Origin: a virus
IMG/VR virus record: IMGVR_UViG_3300014203_000017
Length of the DNA: 64,000 nucleotides
Reading direction: 5' to 3' (one strand)
The notes beneath the pieces were generated by a model that had not been told where the DNA came from, made no database searches, and saw nothing but the letters and a program-made list of their open reading frames with translations. Shown here piece after piece: positions 27,100-36,212 of the stretch. The translations under genes and the position numbers were made by a program. Every line of letters begins with the position of its first letter. Position 1 is the stretch's first letter.

Positions 27100-28905
27100 A
27101 TGTTGAAATTTAAAAATAATAATAAGATAGTACTCAAGCCTGGCGTTAGTTCAGCTTATTTAAAGTCTCTTGGAATTGAAGATATAGAAAGTTTTTTATA
27201 CAAACCAAAACCAAGTGACTATGAAGACCCCTATGACTTAGATAATATGGAAGATATGATAGATAGATTACATAAGGGTTTTGAAGAAAAAAAGCGTTTC
27301 TTTGTACAAGTTGATAGTGACTGCGATGGTTACACGAGTTCCGCCATATTTATAAATTACTTTAATAATTTGTATCCAGATTGTGATATAGTTTATCGTT
27401 TGCATGAAGGTAAACAACATGGTATTATTGCTAACACCGTTCCTGTTGACAGGGACATAGTTGTTATTCCCGATGCTGGCTCAAACCAATTAGATGAAGA
27501 TGATATACTAACAGCACAAGGTCGTGAATTATTGATTATAGACCACCATTTAGTAGATAATGTGCCGCAAAGTTCGCAAATTTGTTTCGTGAACAACCAA
27601 TCTAGTAAGAATTTTAAAAATAAAGCATTAAGCGGTGCTGGGGTAATGCTCAAAGTAATTGAAGCTTATGATCGTAAATACGGCGAAAGGTTTGACTATA
27701 AAAAATATGAAGATTTGGCGGCTCTTGGTATTATTGCAGACTGTATGGATACAAGAACAATAGATAATAATGCTATTATACAAAATGGTTTAAACAATAT
27801 TAATAATAGTCTATTGCAACAGTTGATGGCAAAAGGTTACGCCAATAAAAATAAATGCAATACAATTCCATTTGCCCTGCTAACTCCTGAAGAAAAGAAA
27901 GACTTTTCCACAAAAATGAGTATAGCTTTCTATGTCGCGCCAATGATAAATGCTGTTGTAAGAACGGGTACTAATGAAGAGAAAGAACGTTTCTTTGAAG
28001 GTTTCATTAAAGACAATAGCGAAGAAGTTGTTAAAACAACATGGAGAGGCACACAAAGAACAGAAACTATATTTGAATATCTAGTGCGTTGTGCCGTAAA
28101 TTTACGGGCAAAACAAAATAGGCAAAAAGACAAAAGTTTAGGGCAATTAGTTGAATTAATTGAAAAACAAAAACTTGATAGCCATAAAATAATTCTTATT
28201 CCACTCAATGATAATATTACAATTAATAAAAATATTACAGGTTTAGCCGCTATGGAAATTATGAAAAAGTATAATAAGCCAACCCTTTTATTGAGACCTG
28301 TCTTAGATGGCGGAGTAAAATATTTTAGAGGTAGCGGTCGTGCCTCTGCGGCAAATGGTTTTAAGAGCTTTGCGGCGGTATTAAAGAAAAGTGGTTTAAT
28401 GGACTATGTTCAAGGACACGATAATGCTTTTGGTGCTTCAATAGAAGAAAAATTAATTCCTGATTTATTAGCTTTTGTCGATGAAGAGTTGAAAAACGTT
28501 GATTTTTTAGATAATAATGAAGTAGATGGAATTATGACTGATGAAAATTGGGATATTACTCCATTGAGAGAATTGGGCGAAATAAGTTTTATTTATGGTC
28601 AAGGCATACCCGAACCAAACATATATTTCAATTTTTCAGCCCATGTCGGAGACTGCAGGATACAAGGTAGCAAAAGAAATAGTTTCAAAATACAACACAA
28701 CGGAGTCGGTTTTGTAGCATTTAATTGTCCTGAACTTATTGCAAAATACGAAAAAATTACTAGTAACTCTAATTTAAGTGATTTATTAAACGTTGAAATT
28801 ATTGGAACAGCAAATATTAATAAATGGAATGGTTATAAAAACGTTCAAATATTTATAAAAGATATAGATTTTAAAACAAGACATGAAGAAAATCTTGGGT
28901 TTTAA
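27100..28905 (+). CDS. recJ: RecJ-like ssDNA 5'-3' exonuclease (DHH)
   Basis: VDSDCDGY, IPDAGS, IIDHH, LGIIAD, GSGR, GHDNAFG. Confidence 0.93.
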   Translation: MLKFKNNNKIVLKPGVSSAYLKSLGIEDIESFLYKPKPSDYEDPYDLDNMEDMIDRLHKGFEEKKRFFVQVDSDCDGYTSSAIFINYFNNLYPDCDIVYRLHEGKQHGIIANTVPVDRDIVVIPDAGSNQLDEDDILTAQGRELLIIDHHLVDNVPQSSQICFVNNQSSKNFKNKALSGAGVMLKVIEAYDRKYGERFDYKKYEDLAALGIIADCMDTRTIDNNAIIQNGLNNINNSLLQQLMAKGYANKNKCNTIPFALLTPEEKKDFSTKMSIAFYVAPMINAVVRTGTNEEKERFFEGFIKDNSEEVVKTTWRGTQRTETIFEYLVRCAVNLRAKQNRQKDKSLGQLVELIEKQKLDSHKIILIPLNDNITINKNITGLAAMEIMKKYNKPTLLLRPVLDGGVKYFRGSGRASAANGFKSFAAVLKKSGLMDYVQGHDNAFGASIEEKLIPDLLAFVDEELKNVDFLDNNEVDGIMTDENWDITPLRELGEISFIYGQGIPEPNIYFNFSAHVGDCRIQGSKRNSFKIQHNGVGFVAFNCPELIAKYEKITSNSNLSDLLNVEIIGTANINKWNGYKNVQIFIKDIDFKTRHEENLGF

Positions 28906-28916
28906 GGAGAGAAAGA

Positions 28917-29357
28917 ATGAATATAAAACAATACTGTGAAATAGGCGAAAATTTAACAAAAAATAAAACATATCAAATAGATGAGTTAATAGGCTTATTT
29001 GCCGTAAATTATTATCATCTACTTGATCTGCTTTGGCAAGATACTGAAAAAGAGCCAACTGAGTCGTATGCTTGTTATTTATATTGTAATTGTATGGGAT
29101 ATTTTGCCATGGCTCTGAAAAAAGATGATATAGAAAATGATGAGGGTGATGCAGAAATAGAAAGTTATGAAAGTCAAATTAGAAAATTGGGACTAACCAC
29201 TCAAGAGTATATTTTAAGACTTTTGTTAGAAGTGGATACGAGTCCTACTAGTGGTAACAGCCCAATCATGGCTAAAATAGCGACTTTAAATATTATAATG
29301 AGAAGCTTCTTCCCACAAAGAAGTGAAAAGGGTTTTATGATTGAGGTAAAAAATTGA
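28917..29357 (+). CDS. Hypothetical helical protein (146 aa)
   Basis: AAGGAG RBS, operon position. Confidence 0.8.
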   Translation: MNIKQYCEIGENLTKNKTYQIDELIGLFAVNYYHLLDLLWQDTEKEPTESYACYLYCNCMGYFAMALKKDDIENDEGDAEIESYESQIRKLGLTTQEYILRLLLEVDTSPTSGNSPIMAKIATLNIIMRSFFPQRSEKGFMIEVKN

Positions 29358-29382
29358 CTTTATACAAAAATTTTGCTATAAT
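29354..29382 (+). promoter_or_regulatory. SigmaA-type promoter for dnaE
   Basis: TTGACT, 17 bp, TG-C-TATAAT. Confidence 0.85.
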
Positions 29383-29408
29383 AATAGTAGAAAGAGTAGG
29401 AAAATAAA

Positions 29409-32400
29409 ATGGAAGAAAAAAACATTCATGACTATGCAAGTTTGCATAACCATACTGATTACTCTAATTTAAAACTTATTGATTGTATAAACAAAGTGCC
29501 CGATCTTATTGATTATGCTCATGAGTTGGGCGTCAAGGCTATCGCGATAACAGACCACGATACTCTTAGCGCCCATATTAATGCTATACAATACATGCAC
29601 CAAAAGTATGAGAATGAAAAAGATTTTAAATTAATTTTAGGTAACGAAATTTATCTTACTAGAGAAGGTTTAAATGCCGAAACTCATCAAGCTGGTGAGA
29701 AATTTTATCATTGTATTTTATTAGCTAAAGATGCAAAGGGACATGAACAATTACGTAAATTAAGTACTAGAGCTTGGGAAAGAAGTTATATAAAAAGTAT
29801 ACGTAGAACACCTACATATTTTTCAGACTTATGTGAAATAGTTAATGAAGATAAGGGACATTTGATATGCACTACTGCGTGTTTAGGAAGTGTGCCTGGA
29901 GTTTTGTTTACTCAAAAGAACCCTGATTATAAAGAAAAAATACAACAATATGTTGAAAAAATGAAAAAACTTTTTGGTGATGATTTTTATATTGAAATAC
30001 AACCAGGTCGTCAACAAGAGCAAATAGATTATAATAAATATATGCTTTCTACATATCGTAATGATTATGATTTTATAATAACAACTGATGCGCATTATCT
30101 TCGTAAAGAAGAGCGTCAAATACATAAAGAATTTTTGCGTAGTAAACCAGGTAGTGCAAATCGTGAGGTTGACTCTTTTTATGGTTATACTTATGAAATG
30201 AGTTCTGCGGAAATATATGATTTAGTAAAAGACTATATTAGTTTAAATACTTTAAATACTATTTTTGATAACACAATTAAAATTGCCGAAAAAGTTGAAA
30301 AGTATGATTTGGCGCATGTACAATTAGTTCCCAAAATTAAATATGAGTGGGAAAATAGAAATACCGAACTATTTTTCAAATTACGTAATGAAATAAATCA
30401 ATTCGGCGACAAATATAAAAATGTAAAAAGATATTATTCAGATAACACCAATGATGCTGACCATTATTTGGCGATGTTAATTGCCGAAGGATATTATAGT
30501 AATAAAATAAAAGGCGGAGAAGAGTATATAGCACGTCTTGATGAGGAACTATATCATATCAATGCTATTAGTGTAAAAATGGAACAACCACTATCAGATT
30601 ATTTCAATACAATGGCTAAAATTATAGATATTGTTTGGACAGGTGGCGATAGTTTAGTCGGGGTTGGTAGAGGTTCTGGTGCTGGTAGTTTAATAAACTA
30701 TTTGACAGGGATTACTCAATTAGATCCGCTAAGACAAGAGTTAACAATGCCGTTCTGGAGGTTCATTCATGAATCAAGACCCGAGCTGCCTGATATTGAC
30801 TTCGATACAGAAGCTAGTAAACGTCTAAAGATATTTAATGCTGTCAAAGCATATTTTAATAGTATAAATTCCGAGGTTATTAATGTTTCAACTTTTACAA
30901 CTCTTGGAACAAAATCGGCTTTAAAATTGGCTGGCAAAGGTTTAGGTATAGATGATACAATAGTCAACTATTTAGCATCAATGGTACCGAACGAAAGAGG
31001 TAAGGATTGGACTTTATCTCAATGTATGTTCGGAGACGATGAACACCATAAAATACAAAGTTTTATTATGGAAATAAAAAAGTATAAAGGTTTGTGGGAG
31101 TTAGCTGATAGAACAGCTGGTTTAATTACAAATCTAGGTGTCCATGCTTCAGGTGTGTTAGTTTTAAATGGTAAAATCACAGACCACAATAGTATTATGA
31201 AAACAAGTAGTGGAACAACTGTTACTGCTTGGGAATTACACAATAGTGAATATTGTGGTGGTTTAAAATATGATTTCTTAACCATTGCGGCTCTTGATAA
31301 AATTCGTACTTGTATAAACCTATTATTAGAAGATAAATTAATGGTTTGGCAAGGTAACTTAAAAAGTACTTATGAAAAGTATTTGCTACCAGCTAACATT
31401 AATTATAAAGATCCCAAAATTTGGAGTTTAATTGACTCTGGTAAAATTACCGAGTGTTTTCAGTTTGATACGACAGTCGGTAGTAAAGCTATTAAAGTTA
31501 TACAACCATCCAGCCTAAAAGATTTAGCGGCTGGTAATAGTATCATGAGACTTATGAGCGAAGGGGCTGGCACAGAACAACCATTAGATATTTATGTTCG
31601 TCATAAGAAAAATATGAATGAATGGTATGCTGAAATGACAGCCGCTGGTTTAAATGAAGATGAACAAAATCTTATGAAACGATACCTAGAAAAAGTTTAT
31701 GGCGTTGCTGGTTCACAAGAAATTGTAATGATGTTATCAATGGACCCTCATATTGCCAATTTTACAATAGTTGAAGCCAATAAACTTAGAAAAGGTATTG
31801 CGAAGAAAAAACCAGAGATAATTGAAGCAATTAAACAAAAGTTCTTTGAAAAAGGTAAAGAAGTTGGAACAAGAGAAGTGCTGTTGAATTACGTTTGGTC
31901 TCAACAAATAAGTATGTCTTTGGGTTATTCATTTAGTGATTTACATACAACAGCTTATAGTACAATAGCTTTGCAAGAAGCCGTGTTAGTAAACAGTTAT
32001 CCAGACTTATATTGGAAATGCGCTTGTTTAAGTGTTAATGCTGATGCTGTTGATAATAGTGATTATGAATATTTAATTAATGAAAATATTATGGAAGAAG
32101 AGTCAGAAGATGATGAAGAAGATAAAAAGAAAGCCTCAAAAATCAACTATGATAAAATTGCTACTGCTATTAGTAAGTTCGGCAAAAGTGTTAAAATAGT
32201 TCCACCAAATATAAATAAGTCTAAGATTGGTTTTGAACCTGATGTTGAAAACAATTCAATTATTTTTGGTTTAAAAGGAATAGCTACCATTGGAGACAAT
32301 GTTATTGCTGAAATTATGATGCGCCGACCATTTGCTAGTTTGGAAGATTTCAATAAAAAAATGGTCAATAGTAAAAAGTTGATTAGTGTCAATAAAGTTG

Positions 32401-33338
32401 TCAATCTTATTAAAGCTGGTTGCTTTGATGAACTAGAGGGTTTACCTAGAAAAGAGATTATGAATAATTTCTTAAAGACTAAAGTAAAACAACGTGAAAA
32501 AGTTAACCTACAAAATGGTATGGCTTTAATTCGTAATAAATTGATACCAATAGACAAGTTAAAGATAGAAATGGGGGCTTATATCGTTGGTAGAGCTCTT
32601 GGAAGAAGAAAAGATGGTAATGGTTACTATGATATTAATTTGGCTCCAGAAACTAAACAATTAGCTTGGTGTGAAAAGTATTATACGGGTAAAATTTATG
32701 ATTTGGAAGGAAAGAAAAAAATCTTAATGAGCGAATGGGAAAAATTTATTACACCTAAAAAAGCCCTTCTAAAAAAATATATTGTTGACCATAATAAAGA
32801 ATTAACATTAGCATTGCAAAATGTGGAAACTAAAGAAATAAAAGAAAAATATGCTGAAGGCGATATATTAAAATGGGAGCTCGACAGCCTAAACTTTTAT
32901 CAAAGTGGTCACCCTTTAAAAAATCTCGAATGTCCAATAGAGTATGAAGATATTAACACTATTGTTAATAACGATATTGAAGGGTTTTGGAATATTAAAG
33001 GAAACAAAATACCAAAAAGAAGATTGCATACAATTATAGGAACAGTTTTAACAAAAGATAAAAAACAAAGTATGCTATTGTTAAGTACTCCAACAGGTAC
33101 AATAAAAGTAAAAATGTATAAACTACAATTTGCTAAATATGCTCAAAAGATATGTAATAATCAAGGTGATATTGTTCAAGACAGTTTCTTAGAAAAGGGG
33201 ACTCATTTGTGTATTACAGGTATTAAAAGAGATGAACTTTTCATACCAAAAGTATATAAGACTACACGGCACCCAGCGATAGTAAAAATGAATTTAGATG
33301 ACAATAATAAATTTATTAACATAGAGGAAAAAATGTAA
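29409..33338 (+). CDS. dnaE: DNA polymerase III alpha subunit (family C)
   Basis: PHP HNHTDYS/TDHD/TTDAHY, GRGSGAGS, RPELPDIDFD, GVHASG, LKYDFL, HhH FGLKGIATIG, C-terminal OB. Confidence 0.97.
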   Translation: MEEKNIHDYASLHNHTDYSNLKLIDCINKVPDLIDYAHELGVKAIAITDHDTLSAHINAIQYMHQKYENEKDFKLILGNEIYLTREGLNAETHQAGEKFYHCILLAKDAKGHEQLRKLSTRAWERSYIKSIRRTPTYFSDLCEIVNEDKGHLICTTACLGSVPGVLFTQKNPDYKEKIQQYVEKMKKLFGDDFYIEIQPGRQQEQIDYNKYMLSTYRNDYDFIITTDAHYLRKEERQIHKEFLRSKPGSANREVDSFYGYTYEMSSAEIYDLVKDYISLNTLNTIFDNTIKIAEKVEKYDLAHVQLVPKIKYEWENRNTELFFKLRNEINQFGDKYKNVKRYYSDNTNDADHYLAMLIAEGYYSNKIKGGEEYIARLDEELYHINAISVKMEQPLSDYFNTMAKIIDIVWTGGDSLVGVGRGSGAGSLINYLTGITQLDPLRQELTMPFWRFIHESRPELPDIDFDTEASKRLKIFNAVKAYFNSINSEVINVSTFTTLGTKSALKLAGKGLGIDDTIVNYLASMVPNERGKDWTLSQCMFGDDEHHKIQSFIMEIKKYKGLWELADRTAGLITNLGVHASGVLVLNGKITDHNSIMKTSSGTTVTAWELHNSEYCGGLKYDFLTIAALDKIRTCINLLLEDKLMVWQGNLKSTYEKYLLPANINYKDPKIWSLIDSGKITECFQFDTTVGSKAIKVIQPSSLKDLAAGNSIMRLMSEGAGTEQPLDIYVRHKKNMNEWYAEMTAAGLNEDEQNLMKRYLEKVYGVAGSQEIVMMLSMDPHIANFTIVEANKLRKGIAKKKPEIIEAIKQKFFEKGKEVGTREVLLNYVWSQQISMSLGYSFSDLHTTAYSTIALQEAVLVNSYPDLYWKCACLSVNADAVDNSDYEYLINENIMEEESEDDEEDKKKASKINYDKIATAISKFGKSVKIVPPNINKSKIGFEPDVENNSIIFGLKGIATIGDNVIAEIMMRRPFASLEDFNKKMVNSKKLISVNKVVNLIKAGCFDELEGLPRKEIMNNFLKTKVKQREKVNLQNGMALIRNKLIPIDKLKIEMGAYIVGRALGRRKDGNGYYDINLAPETKQLAWCEKYYTGKIYDLEGKKKILMSEWEKFITPKKALLKKYIVDHNKELTLALQNVETKEIKEKYAEGDILKWELDSLNFYQSGHPLKNLECPIEYEDINTIVNNDIEGFWNIKGNKIPKRRLHTIIGTVLTKDKKQSMLLLSTPTGTIKVKMYKLQFAKYAQKICNNQGDIVQDSFLEKGTHLCITGIKRDELFIPKVYKTTRHPAIVKMNLDDNNKFINIEEKM

Positions 33339-34457
33339 ATGAAAGTATTGATTGTAGATGTTGATTGGTTCAATCATTTACGTTTTACCCCCAATATGTT
33401 GTGTATGCAATTATCTTCCTATCACAAACAATTACGTGATGAAGTAAGCGTAGGATTAGAAAAGTATCAAATTTCTATGAGTTATGATTTAATATATCTA
33501 GTACGTGAGACAATAGACGGTGGTTTACCTCCAATAAAAATTACTGATAAAAAGGTAAAATTAATTGGTAACGGGTTTAAATTCTTTACTAATTATACTA
33601 CCGACTTACCTGAAGTTATAAATGCTTGCGCGCCAGATTATAGTATTTACCCAAGAACAAAAGAGAGAAGAGATAGAGCCAATTATGTTCGGTTGACGAC
33701 TACTAATGGCGCTCCTTTACCAGAAATTCAAAATTATCATGGTTTCAAAGGAGCAAATATTACTATTATAACAGATGACAAATTTTGGGACTTGACAGAT
33801 GAACAAATTAAAAAACTATTGAAGCAAATTTTCCGTAGCGAATTATTGGGTTTTCAAAAATCAATCGACATAAATAAATTTATAAAACATAATTTACAAG
33901 ACATTTTCAAAGGTCGGACCATTTACGCAAGAGAGTTTAAATTTTGTGGCAATTTAATTAATAAACGAGATGTAAAAAAATTAATTGATGATCTGAATAA
34001 AATAAAATTTACTTATAAGGGCTCTCTTTCTGTTAATGTTGGTACAATTACGGTGCCTCATGGTAATAGTAATGGATTAGCGTATATGGACTTTGAACGT
34101 TGTTTAGAGATAGCACATTACGCAAAGCGAAATAAAATAAATATAAATTTTGACTTCCCAGACCGAAGAGACAGTCCATTATGGTTTATATTTGAAGAGT
34201 TGGGTTTATGGAGCGAATACGATTTTAAACATTCTTTTGTAGAACATATGCTGATGTCGGCTTGCGCTCAACATAAAGTTCCAATAGAAGAATTAATTCG
34301 ACACTCCACTTGGTTTAATACAGTGCCAGCCAAAATGTTGTTAGATATTGTAGAAAATCATAAACCAATGATAGAAAAATACGGGTTCTCTCGTTGGGGA
34401 AGAAGAAATTTGCCGTATATAGATTTATCTAAAATAGAAAGGAAAAGAAAGATATGA
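33339..34457 (+). CDS. Degenerate radical-SAM-like protein lacking CxxxCxxC
   Basis: MKVLIVDVD..PN..MQLSSYHK..DEV..YD.IY..G.G..LPE.I...PDYSIYP matches by eye a common phage B12-binding/radical SAM family; Cys triad absent. Confidence 0.6.
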   Translation: MKVLIVDVDWFNHLRFTPNMLCMQLSSYHKQLRDEVSVGLEKYQISMSYDLIYLVRETIDGGLPPIKITDKKVKLIGNGFKFFTNYTTDLPEVINACAPDYSIYPRTKERRDRANYVRLTTTNGAPLPEIQNYHGFKGANITIITDDKFWDLTDEQIKKLLKQIFRSELLGFQKSIDINKFIKHNLQDIFKGRTIYAREFKFCGNLINKRDVKKLIDDLNKIKFTYKGSLSVNVGTITVPHGNSNGLAYMDFERCLEIAHYAKRNKININFDFPDRRDSPLWFIFEELGLWSEYDFKHSFVEHMLMSACAQHKVPIEELIRHSTWFNTVPAKMLLDIVENHKPMIEKYGFSRWGRRNLPYIDLSKIERKRKI

Positions 34458-35026
34458 ATATAGCATTTTTTGATTTAGAGACGACAGGAGTGTATGCACA
34501 TTATGATGCACCAATACAAATTTCATCTGTTATTATAGATGATTCAACAGGAGAGCAATTAGCTTCTTTTAACGAATATATAAACACAGATCACCCTATA
34601 AGTCCAGAAGCAAGTAAGGTAAATGGCATAACAAAAGAAATGCTGGCTGGTTGTAGGAGAGAAAAAGAGGTATTGGGAGATTTTATAGAATGGTTAATAA
34701 CCAATGATATAGATGCCATAGGTGGTCATAATATAGTTACTTTTGATATAGTAATGATGAAAGAACGTTTAAAACTATTTAATTTAAGTTCAAAAATATT
34801 TGATAATAAAAAAATAATTGATACAAAAGAATTAGTGATGTATTGCCGCAAAAATAATATATGTCAATTAAAACAACTTGGTAGAAAATGGAGTTTGGTA
34901 GCGACAGCTAAACTTTTAAACATTAATACTGATAAGGCACATGATGCTCTAGCTGATGTAACTATGAACTATAAAATTTACACAATTTTAAGTAAAGCAC
35001 GGAGGGAATACGATGCAAATAGATAA
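34454..35026 (+). CDS. DEDDh 3'-5' exonuclease (epsilon-like, copy 2)
   Basis: FFDLETTG, GHNIVTFD, IIDT, HDALADV. Confidence 0.92.
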   Translation: MNIAFFDLETTGVYAHYDAPIQISSVIIDDSTGEQLASFNEYINTDHPISPEASKVNGITKEMLAGCRREKEVLGDFIEWLITNDIDAIGGHNIVTFDIVMMKERLKLFNLSSKIFDNKKIIDTKELVMYCRKNNICQLKQLGRKWSLVATAKLLNINTDKAHDALADVTMNYKIYTILSKARREYDANR

Positions 35027-35222
35027 AATAGAAAAAGATAACAATAAGTTTATTACAGATTTTGACAAGTTATCTGACGAAGATTTAAAAAACTGTTATA
35101 GCACTAATCGCGCAAGACTCTTAGACATGATGGAGTTAAAACCAGAAGAAGTAAAGGAAATATTACTGAAAGTAAGTGCATGTTGCGCTATAATGGACAA
35201 CAGAAATATATGTCACGATTAA
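35013..35222 (+). CDS. Small hypothetical protein (69 aa)
   Basis: GGAGGG RBS, overlaps both neighbours. Confidence 0.75.
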   Translation: MQIDKIEKDNNKFITDFDKLSDEDLKNCYSTNRARLLDMMELKPEEVKEILLKVSACCAIMDNRNICHD

Positions 35223-35926
35223 GTCGAAAAGAAATTGAGGACATAGCAAGTAAAAAAAAATTAATTGTTTTAAACCCCGAGAATTATACATCTCTAAATA
35301 GTCAATTAGAGTTTAAATGCTTAAAATGTAGCAAAACTTTTATGAGTTGTATAAATATAGTGCGATCTCCAAATTTTCTTTGTCCACGATGTCAAGAGCA
35401 AAGTATAAAGCACTATGATAAAGTGCCGCAAAAAACAGAAAATACTTATCGTATTGTTGGGTTTGACCAAGCAACAAAAAATTTTGGTATAAGTGTATTT
35501 GATAATGGGGTACTTGTTTATTATGGTCTGGCTCAATTCGTCGGCACCACTGAAGAAAGGTGCGTAAAAATAGCTAAATTCATAAAAAATGTGTGCGAAC
35601 AATGGAAGCCAGACTTCGTAGAGTTTGAAGATATACAACTTCAAAATCAATATAGCGGCTTTAAGACCTTTAAAGTTTTAGCTGAATTAATGGGCGTTGT
35701 AAAAACAGTATTAACATTAGAAAAAGTAGAACATGATTTAGTGCTGAATAAAGTATGGCAATCTATGTTCATGATTGGCGGCAAGACCAGAGTGGTTCAA
35801 AAAAATAATGTTGTTAAAAAAGTACATGAACTATTTGGAATTACTGTTGTTGATGACATTGCTGATGCAATATTGATTGGTAAATATGCTGTTAATAAAA
35901 TGGCGCGGCAAAAACAAGCATTTTAA
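35210..35926 (+). CDS. RuvC-like Holliday junction resolvase with N-terminal zinc ribbon
   Basis: CLKC...CPRC then IVGFDQAT, FED, WQS, DDIADAILIG; start placed at ATG 35210. Confidence 0.8.
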   Translation: MSRLSRKEIEDIASKKKLIVLNPENYTSLNSQLEFKCLKCSKTFMSCINIVRSPNFLCPRCQEQSIKHYDKVPQKTENTYRIVGFDQATKNFGISVFDNGVLVYYGLAQFVGTTEERCVKIAKFIKNVCEQWKPDFVEFEDIQLQNQYSGFKTFKVLAELMGVVKTVLTLEKVEHDLVLNKVWQSMFMIGGKTRVVQKNNVVKKVHELFGITVVDDIADAILIGKYAVNKMARQKQAF

Positions 35927-35955
35927 AAGGTGAGATTTAATTCTCACCCTTTTCT
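35925..35955. terminator. Bidirectional terminator at the convergence of the two arms
   Basis: AAAA-GGTGAGA-TTTAAT-TCTCACC-CTTTTT, T-rich tails on both strands. Confidence 0.8.
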
Positions 35956-36200
35956 TTTTCTTCTCGTTTCTTTATGGCTTCTTCTACGGCGGTGGCTGTC
36001 CCACTCGCTTTCCATAACCATTCTTCTGCCGTCTTCAATGCTTTTATAACTCCAATAGGTAATTGGAACATAGTGGCAATTATGACTAGAATACTTGTTA
36101 ATGGACACAACATATTGGCAATTACATTACCAACCTCTTTAACGCCGATTAGTATCTTCGCCCAAACTAGACTAAACTTTTTCTCCTTGACTTTTTTCAT
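35937..36200 (-). CDS. Small membrane protein, holin-like
   Basis: 87 aa, hydrophobic core, charged termini, last gene of the virion module; GGAGG RBS. Confidence 0.5.
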   Translation of the reverse strand: MKKVKEKKFSLVWAKILIGVKEVGNVIANMLCPLTSILVIIATMFQLPIGVIKALKTAEEWLWKASGTATAVEEAIKKREEKEKGEN

Positions 36201-36212
36201 AAGCCCTCCTTT

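Noticed and set aside
33320-33345. Possible dnaX-like frameshift or readthrough fusing DnaE to the next ORF
   Set aside because: No A-AAA-AAG slippery site or downstream structure; simple TAA-ATG coupling explains the junction
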